Positions 25,718-32,000 of a stretch of 32,000 nucleotides of DNA are shown here, piece after piece. Source of the stretch: Xanthomonas campestris pv. campestris str. ATCC 33913. GTDB lineage: Bacteria > Pseudomonadota > Gammaproteobacteria > Xanthomonadales > Xanthomonadaceae. A model generated the notes under the pieces. It made no database searches and was not told the origin of the DNA. It saw nothing but the letters and a program-made list of their open reading frames with translations. Position numbers and translations under genes: made by a program. The stretch covers positions 4,913,426-4,945,425 of the forward strand of contig NC_003902.1 in the NCBI RefSeq assembly GCF_000007145.1. The letters run 5' to 3'. The number at the start of each line of letters is the position of its first letter. Position 1 is the first letter of the stretch.

Positions 25718-26053
25718 ATCACGCTTCGCCACGACGCGCACGCCGGCGGGGTGCCGGGAATCGTAGTGCATGGGCAGGGACATGAGGCCTGCAACCTTGC
25801 TGGCGGCGATCGCCTTTCCGCACTGCCGCTGCCGATGCAGGCGCGCGTGGCAGGTGACGCGCGTGCAGACTCCACACCGCAGCATCGGTAGCTGCCAACA
25901 TGTCAGCCATCAGCAGGTGACATACCGCTGTATCAGCGCGTTATACCAATCGTCAGACCACCACACGCGATTGCGCCGGCAACGCCGCGCTCTCACAACC
26001 GGACGCAACCGGGCTCCTGTAAACTGCGTGCATCACGGTCCGGGAAGAAACGC

Positions 26054-27301
26054 ATGGGTCAGCTTCCTCCCGAATTGCACGCCGATGTCGCGCGTGTCGG
26101 CCGGCTGTCGTCGGTCCCCGATGTGCTGACCATCCTCACCCGCCTCACCGGCATGCGCTTTGCCGCGGTTGCCCGGGTCACCGATGCGCGCTGGGTCACC
26201 TGCCAGGTGCAGGACACGCTCGCCTTCGGTCTGCAGCCCGGCGACGAACTGCCGCTGGCCACCACGTTCTGCGATGGCGTGCGCCTGCGTAACCAGGCGG
26301 TGTCGTTTGGCCATGCCTCGCAGCACCCGGTCTACCGCGACCATCCCTCGCCCAAGTTGTATGGCTTCGAGAGCTATGTGTCGGTGCCGATCCGTCTCGA
26401 CGACGGCAGCGTGTTCGGCACCTTGTGCGCGCTGGATCCGGAGCCGCGCGTGATGGATGCGCCGCTGGTGGAGAAGATCGAACTGCTCGCGCAATTGCTG
26501 GGCGCGCAGATCCAGGCCGAACTCCGCGCCGAACAGAGCGCGCTGGAATCGCGGCAAGCCCGCAGCGAACTCGGACGGGTCGGCGCCTCGGCGCGGCTGC
26601 GCGAAGAGTTCATCGGCATCCTCGGCCACGACCTGCGCAACCCGCTGCAATCGATGCATGCGGTGGTGGACATGCTGTCCATCGACCAACTCAGCCAGCG
26701 CCAGGGCGGCGCCATCCGCTCGCTGCAGCGCAGCCTGCGGCGCATGGAAGAGTTGATCGACTTCGCCAGCGATTTCGCACGCGGCATCGAACGCGACTGG
26801 CTGCAGCTGGACTATGGCAACGGTAGCGACTTGCTCGATGCGCTCTCGCAGGTGGTGGACGAAACCCGCGCCGCTTATCCCAACCAGGTGCTTTCCGCGC
26901 ACGTGGCCATCGACGAACCGGTGCATGGCGATGCCATCCGGCTGGCGCAGATGTTCGGCAGCCTGATGATCAACGCAGTGGTGCAAGGCCAGCAGAGCTC
27001 GCTGATCAAGGCCATCGCGGTTACCGAACAAGGCCGGCTGCGCATCGAAGTCTGCAACCTGGACGGCATCGAACCACGCCGGCTGGACATCCTGCATGCC
27101 TCCACGCATGTGCATACCGCCGGGCGTGCCCTGCCCGAGGTCGACCTGGGCCTGCACATGGCCGCACAGATCGCGCAGGCCCATCAGGGCGAGCTGCGCA
27201 TCACCAGTGGCAAGGACGGCACCTGCTTCCACGTGGAGCTGGCCTGCCAGCGCCCACGTGCGCGGATGCAGCTGGTCGACAACCGCTCGACCCCGGCCTA
27301 A
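26054..27301 (+). CDS. GAF-domain sensor histidine kinase (cytoplasmic, no adjacent response regulator)
   Basis: 415 aa with no TM segment. The N-terminal GAF-like region includes MRFAAVARVTDARWVTCQV...SYVSVPIRLDDGSVFGTLCALD. A coiled linker follows. The H-box is FIGILGHDLRNPLQS. N-box-like MINAVVQG is present. The C-terminal DLGLHMAAQIAQAHQGELRI is G2-box-like. Confidence 0.85.
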   Translation: MGQLPPELHADVARVGRLSSVPDVLTILTRLTGMRFAAVARVTDARWVTCQVQDTLAFGLQPGDELPLATTFCDGVRLRNQAVSFGHASQHPVYRDHPSPKLYGFESYVSVPIRLDDGSVFGTLCALDPEPRVMDAPLVEKIELLAQLLGAQIQAELRAEQSALESRQARSELGRVGASARLREEFIGILGHDLRNPLQSMHAVVDMLSIDQLSQRQGGAIRSLQRSLRRMEELIDFASDFARGIERDWLQLDYGNGSDLLDALSQVVDETRAAYPNQVLSAHVAIDEPVHGDAIRLAQMFGSLMINAVVQGQQSSLIKAIAVTEQGRLRIEVCNLDGIEPRRLDILHASTHVHTAGRALPEVDLGLHMAAQIAQAHQGELRITSGKDGTCFHVELACQRPRARMQLVDNRSTPA

Positions 27302-27328
27302 GCACGGCCAGGGTCCCGGCAACGCAGG

Positions 27329-28930
27329 TCAGTAGATCTTGCGTTCGCTCGCCGGCGGCGGCGTCCACTGGTACAGCCAGGTTTCGGTCAACGGCTTACC
27401 GTTGGCGCGCAGGAACAGACGGATATCGATCTGCTGGGTGCCCTCATCCGGCGGCACCAGGTCGAACATCGCCCGGTAGCCCTTGAGCTCATGCAGCGGC
27501 CGCGCCGAGACGATCTCGGTGGTGCCGCGCGACACCTGCAGCACCGCTTCGACCTTGGCCTTGGGGTCCTTTGCAAGCGCAGCCAGTTCACCGCCAGCAA
27601 AATCCACCGCAAAGCGCCAGGAGAAATGGCTGCGTTTCTGGCCCACGATGCCGCCCAGCCCGGTGCGCGTGGCCACGCAATGCGCCAGCGGCGAACTGGC
27701 CGGCGGGTGCGCACCCCAGTACAAGCGGTACCCCATCAATAGTTCCTGCCCCGGCTGCGGCTTGGCCTGCGGGTTCCAGAACGCCACGATGTTGTCGAAG
27801 GTCTCGTCCACGGTGGGGATCTCCACCAACTGCACCGAGCCCTTGCCCCAGCCGCTCTTGGGCTCCACCCACAGGCACGGGCGCTTCTCGTAGAACACGC
27901 CGTCGTCCTGGTAATGATCGAAATTGCGATCGCGCTGCAGCAAGCCAAAGCCGCGCGGGTTCTCGTCCACGAACATGTTGAAACGCAGGTGCGGCGGATT
28001 GCATAGCGGCCGCCAGATCCACTCGCCGCCGCCGGTCCACATCGCCAGGCCATCGGTATCGTGGATTTCTGGGCGCCAGTCCCAGTCCATGCGGCGGTCG
28101 TTCTCGCCGGTCTGGTACATGCTCGTGCACGGGCCGATGCCCAGCCGCTCGATCGCCTTGCGCGGATACAACGCACTGTCGATATCCATCACCAGTACCT
28201 CGCCATTGGTGATGGCAAAGCGGTACGCGCCGGACACGCTGGGCGAATCCAGCAAGCCGTAGACCACCACCGTGTCCGAATCGTCGGCCGGTTGTTCCAG
28301 GTAATAGGCGATGAAATCGGGAAATTCTTCCGGCCCACCGGTACCGGTATCGATCGCCAGCCCGCGCGCCGATTGCCCGTACTGGCCTTCCTTGCCCACC
28401 GCACGGAAGTAGCTCGCCCCCAGGAACGCGGAGAAATCGCGGTCGGTATCCTTGCGTGTGTTGAGCCGGAAGCCGGCAAACCCCAGGTCCTTGGGCAGCT
28501 GTTTGCCACCCAGGCCGCTGCGGCCGTAATCGAACGCCGCCGGGTCGTACGCCAGCTGCTGCGCCTTGCCATCGACGATGTCGTAGATGTGCACCGGGGT
28601 GTGGAAGTACAGGCCCAGATGGAAGAACTTCGCCTGGAACTTGCCATTGCCGTCGGCCCACAATGCGTGATCTTGGCGGTAGCGGATCGACTGGTACTGA
28701 TCCCAGTTCAAGGATTCCAGCGGGCCAGGCAGCACCTGCTTGTGGCTTTTGTAGGGCGCCTTGGCCAATGCACGCGCCTGGCCCTTGAGCCACGCATAGT
28801 CGAACGGCTGCGGCTGGCCCAGGCGACGCAGCCCCACTGCCTTGGCAGCCAGCGCCCACGGCGGCAGCGCCGGCAAACCGAGCGCAGCCAGGGCGGCGGC
28901 GGCATTCTTCAGGAAGTGGCGTCGTTGCAT
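27329..28930 (-). CDS. opgD: periplasmic glucan biosynthesis protein OpgD/MdoD (Tat-exported)
   Basis: 533 aa. MQRRHFLKNAAAALAALGL is a twin-arginine signal. MdoG/MdoD family blocks are present throughout (FFHLGLYF, GASYFRAVG, RGLAIDTG, EEFPDF, SGAYRF, ENPRGFGLLQRDRNF, VEIPT.DE.FDNIVAFW). Confidence 0.92.
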   Translation of the reverse strand: MQRRHFLKNAAAALAALGLPALPPWALAAKAVGLRRLGQPQPFDYAWLKGQARALAKAPYKSHKQVLPGPLESLNWDQYQSIRYRQDHALWADGNGKFQAKFFHLGLYFHTPVHIYDIVDGKAQQLAYDPAAFDYGRSGLGGKQLPKDLGFAGFRLNTRKDTDRDFSAFLGASYFRAVGKEGQYGQSARGLAIDTGTGGPEEFPDFIAYYLEQPADDSDTVVVYGLLDSPSVSGAYRFAITNGEVLVMDIDSALYPRKAIERLGIGPCTSMYQTGENDRRMDWDWRPEIHDTDGLAMWTGGGEWIWRPLCNPPHLRFNMFVDENPRGFGLLQRDRNFDHYQDDGVFYEKRPCLWVEPKSGWGKGSVQLVEIPTVDETFDNIVAFWNPQAKPQPGQELLMGYRLYWGAHPPASSPLAHCVATRTGLGGIVGQKRSHFSWRFAVDFAGGELAALAKDPKAKVEAVLQVSRGTTEIVSARPLHELKGYRAMFDLVPPDEGTQQIDIRLFLRANGKPLTETWLYQWTPPPASERKIY

Positions 28931-29002
28931 GCGCTGGATCTGATCGGTGGTGTGGGCTACATCATAGCCACACCAACGCCCGGCACAGACGTTATGCGCT
29001 AC

Positions 29003-30103
29003 TCAGGGCACCGCAGGCGAACCGGCGCAGGCATTGGTCAACGCAAGCTCCTGCGCCTTGCTGCACAGGAATTGCCGCTGCGCCTGCCGCTCGTTGGGCC
29101 CGGTATAGCGCAGCAGCGTCCATTGCTCCTGCGCCTGCATGTCGGCACCGGGCGCGAGCGTGCGATACGGCGCGTGCACCTCCATTTCCAGCAGACCGTG
29201 TTCGGGGTGCTGCGGGGGCGCGTCCAGATACAGTTCCACCTGTCCTTGTTCGGGATGGATACGCGCCTTCGGCTGGTGCGCAAAGCGAATCACCAACACC
29301 TGCGTGCCGGCAAAACCAGCCATCCAGCCAGCGGACGGCTGCAGCAGCAGCTTGCCGCGCTGGATCAACGTGTCCGCGCGGGTGTCGGCACTCAAGACGA
29401 ACAGGCCACCTTCAAGCTGATAACGCGGCGCGACGGTACCGGGATCGCTGGGTGGTTGCAGGCGTAGATCGGCCGCGTCCGCCACCGGCACGAACACCCG
29501 CGTATCTGCAGCCACACGTGTGTTGAACCACAGATCCCAGCTGAGCGGCTCGGTGCGGATGTTGCGGGCGGTGGCCTGCACGTCGATGGTGTCCGGGCGC
29601 GACGGCGACAGGGCCACACGCTTGCGCAGTTGCACGCCGGTCACCGGGCTGGGCACGCCGTCCATCACCAGCTGCGTCGCGTCATGTATTGTCGCCCGCG
29701 TCGTCGCCAGCGAGAGATAGGGGTCCGGCGGCCACACCGCGCCTGCTGCCTTGCGCTGTGGATTGACCTGTTGATGCAGCCACCAGTGGCTTTGCGGGCC
29801 AACCCAGACGTCATGCCCCAGGTAGGCGATATCGCCTGCAGTGCCCGATACCTGCGGTGCCCGCTGCTGTTCCACCGCCGCACCGAGCTTGAGCACGCTC
29901 GGCTGACCCCGTAGCTGAAATGCCAGGATGCGCCCTCCAAACGACGGCGTGGCCGTCACTTCGATCACCTCGTTACCGAGCGTGAGGCGTTCGATGGCGG
30001 GAGGCGTCTTACGCGCTGCAGTGTCTGCGCAGCTGCCCGCCGAGGGCAATACGAGCAGTCCCGTCATGACCGCCACCACAGGAAAGCGCATCACCTTCGC
30101 CAT
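29003..30103 (-). CDS. secreted hypothetical protein (possibly DUF4380 / beta-sandwich fold; weak assignment), upstream of opgD
   Basis: Track ORF 29003..30121. ATG at 30103 has GGAG 7 nt upstream and gives MAKVMRFPVVAVMTGLLVLPSAGSCAD, a signal peptide. The composition is protein-like. The stop lies 72 bp before the opgD start on the same strand. Family call is from memory only. Confidence 0.65.
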   Translation of the reverse strand: MAKVMRFPVVAVMTGLLVLPSAGSCADTAARKTPPAIERLTLGNEVIEVTATPSFGGRILAFQLRGQPSVLKLGAAVEQQRAPQVSGTAGDIAYLGHDVWVGPQSHWWLHQQVNPQRKAAGAVWPPDPYLSLATTRATIHDATQLVMDGVPSPVTGVQLRKRVALSPSRPDTIDVQATARNIRTEPLSWDLWFNTRVAADTRVFVPVADAADLRLQPPSDPGTVAPRYQLEGGLFVLSADTRADTLIQRGKLLLQPSAGWMAGFAGTQVLVIRFAHQPKARIHPEQGQVELYLDAPPQHPEHGLLEMEVHAPYRTLAPGADMQAQEQWTLLRYTGPNERQAQRQFLCSKAQELALTNACAGSPAVP

Positions 30104-30260
30104 GCCCAACTCCGCATCCATCGATCAGCCAATTGTCGCGCGCTGGTGCGCGGCACACCAGCAAGTGCGCTGCAGGAGCGAGCGCTGCCGATGTCTGCAG
30201 GTGCAACTGGCAAAGCACCAAATAATGCGAAACGTAGACGCGATGCCGACATGCATCGGA

Positions 30261-30716
30261 TGGAAGCGCCGCTGCACATCTATGCAGAGACTGGCGGTTT
30301 TACAAAGTGATGCGATGGAATGCGTTTGGCGAATGCCAACAGGCCTCAGCTGGAAGCTGCTGCATCTACGCCGCGGCTCGCGACTTACAGCGTGGCAGTG
30401 GTGAACTTAGAGCAGCTATCAAAAATTACTGCGCAGCCGTCAGGTGGGCGCGGCCGGTGCTCGGAATCGGCATGTACCCACGTACATTCCGGTTCCTCCG
30501 CGCCGTCCGCACCCACCTGACGACTGCTCGCTACGTTTTGTTAGCCGCTCTTGGTCGCGTGATACAGACAGGCGTTAGCTGGAAGCCATGCTGCTCTGTT
30601 TATGCCGCAGGTAGCGGCTTACAAAGTGACATGGTAGATGCAGTTGATGATTCGACAGATTTCAGGAAGAGTCGAAGCGGCGATGTTTATGCAGCGAGTA
30701 GCCGCTTACGAAGTGA
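30261..30716. repeat. four dispersed copies of a ~45-50-bp imperfect repeat in a 630-bp intergenic region
   Basis: The copies lie at 30261-30310, 30351-30394, 30580-30629 and 30672-30716. Copy 1 is TGGAAGCGCCGCTGCACATCTATGCAGAGACTGGCGGTTTTACAAAGTGA. Copy 3 is TGGAAGCCATGCTGCTCTGTTTATGCCGCAGGTAGCGGCTTACAAAGTGA. Copy 4 is TCGAAGCGGCGATGTTTATGCAGCGAGTAGCCGCTTACGAAGTGA. Copy 2 is TGGAAGCTGCTGCATCTACGCCGCGGCTCGCGACTTACAGCGTG. All four are in the same orientation. Confidence 0.6.
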
Positions 30717-30757
30717 TGCTTGTCTCCGTCGCGTTACTGCTTGTATTTGAGCGGCAG

Positions 30758-31573
30758 CTAGCGCTGGCAAGCCGCACACCACACCGTGGCGCGTTGGCCG
30801 ATTGTGGCGTGCTTCAACTCGCCACCGCAGTGTCTGCAGGCTTCGCCTTCGCGGCCATACACCATCAGTTCCTGCTCGAAATAACCGGGCGCGCCGTCCG
30901 GGCTGATGAAATCGCGCAGCGTGGTTCCACCGCGCTGGATTGCATAGGCCAGGATTTCCTTCACCGCATCCGCCAGCCGTCGATAGCGCTCCCGCGACAC
31001 CTTGCCAGCTTCCCGCAGCGGGCTGATTCCTGCGCGATGCAGGCTTTCTGCCGCATAGATATTGCCAACGCCGACCACCACCGCCTGGTCCATCAAGAAG
31101 GTCTTGACCGCCGCACGGCGACCGCATGCCAATGCGTGCAGATAATCGCCCGTAAATGCGGCAGATAATGGTTCGGGCCCAAGGCTGGCCAGCAGCTCAT
31201 GCGTTTCGCAATCGCGCTGCCATAACAGGCAACCAAAGCGGCGTGGGTCATTGAACCGCAGGACACGCCCGTTCTGCAGGCTGATATCCACATGGTCGTG
31301 CGCACGTGGTGGCGTATCGCCCGGCAAAACCCGCAGGCTGCCCGACATCCCTAAATGCAGCACGGCACTGCCGCCTGCATCGGTATCGATCAGCAGATAC
31401 TTCGCCCGCCGACGCACATCGGTAATCGTGGCGCCTGGCAGCAACTGTTCGATCTGCGCTGCAATCGGCCACCGCAGGTCAGGCCGCCGCAGGATCACGC
31501 CATGGATGCGTTGCCCCACCAGGTGCGGGGCCAGTCCACGTAGGGTGGTTTCGACTTCGGGAAGCTCAGGCAT
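30758..31573 (-). CDS. mutM: formamidopyrimidine-DNA glycosylase (Fpg/MutM)
   Basis: 271 aa. MPELPEVETTLRGL has the catalytic N-terminal Pro. LHLGMSG is present. The H2TH region is RRAAVKTFLMDQAVVVGVGNIYAAESL. The C-terminal zinc finger is CRHCGG...RATVWCAACQ. Confidence 0.93.
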   Translation of the reverse strand: MPELPEVETTLRGLAPHLVGQRIHGVILRRPDLRWPIAAQIEQLLPGATITDVRRRAKYLLIDTDAGGSAVLHLGMSGSLRVLPGDTPPRAHDHVDISLQNGRVLRFNDPRRFGCLLWQRDCETHELLASLGPEPLSAAFTGDYLHALACGRRAAVKTFLMDQAVVVGVGNIYAAESLHRAGISPLREAGKVSRERYRRLADAVKEILAYAIQRGGTTLRDFISPDGAPGYFEQELMVYGREGEACRHCGGELKHATIGQRATVWCAACQR

Positions 31574-32000
31574 GCAGATCGACTCGACTCACGGTAATAG
31601 ACCGGAGCACACCACATGGTGGTGCACGCAGGCAAACACAAATGCTGTGGCGATATGAGCGGACCTAGAACCCCGCGTGCAGCAGCAGATTCTAGCCGTC
31701 TACCGGACCTACCAAGCGATCTAAACGCATGGCGGCTACTACAGGAATGTGCTCAGACATCGCATGTGGCTAAGCGCACCACTCATCTGTGCAGCAGTGT
31801 CAGTAAATGCCTATTACCCGTGCCGAAGAGGCCAATGTTTTACGCATAGTGCCTACGCATAACGCCAGGCTGATCAGCTAAGCGGACTAAGAAACGGTCG
31901 ATCCACGCGGCCTCACCACATGCATTCTGTCGCTGGACGCTGCGCACCAATACCAAGACCAACACCTAAAGCAAACGTGTCCAAGCCGAGTCAGCATTAA

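Noticed and set aside
30261-30716. Possibility that the 30.3-30.7 kb repeats are a CRISPR array
   Set aside because: The repeats are imperfect (many mismatches and indels), number only four, and are irregularly spaced. No cas genes or leader are present. Nothing elsewhere in the window resembles a CRISPR array.

Overview
This is a high-GC chromosomal segment, Xanthomonas-like by inference from gene content and composition only; no database search was possible. Most of it is ordinary core genome. Left to right: plsB (3' end off-window) and an upstream lipoprotein gene. Next comes a compact LacI-regulator / two tandem paralogous TonB-dependent receptors / flavin-halogenase-like locus. Then pyrF, translationally coupled to an e(P4)-type acid phosphatase, followed by a yceH (DUF480) homologue, a hypothetical gene, a GNAT acetyltransferase and rep. 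After the insertion come tdk, a GAF sensor kinase, opgD with an upstream secreted hypothetical, and mutM. The outstanding feature is a ~4.07-kb AT-richer islet (21.0-25.1 kb) inserted into the first codons of tdk and bounded by a perfect 19-bp direct repeat. It carries a 1234-bp IS3-family element with a canonical A AAA AAG frameshift site but no target-site duplication. It also carries one large gene fusing a PD-(D/E)xK (HSDR_N-like) nuclease domain to an HsdM-type N6-adenine methyltransferase. That gene's 3' end runs into the IS, and no specificity subunit, target-recognition domain or integrase is visible. The insertion leaves tdk with a TTG start and island-derived upstream DNA. Other items worth follow-up are a promoter-plus-tandem-terminator unit downstream of pyrF (candidate sRNA) and a conserved SD-embedding hairpin in the leaders of both receptor genes. 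A four-copy ~50-bp repeat family also lies in the 30.26-30.72 kb intergenic region. Many long ORFs in the track are antisense shadows of real genes in GC-rich DNA and were rejected.
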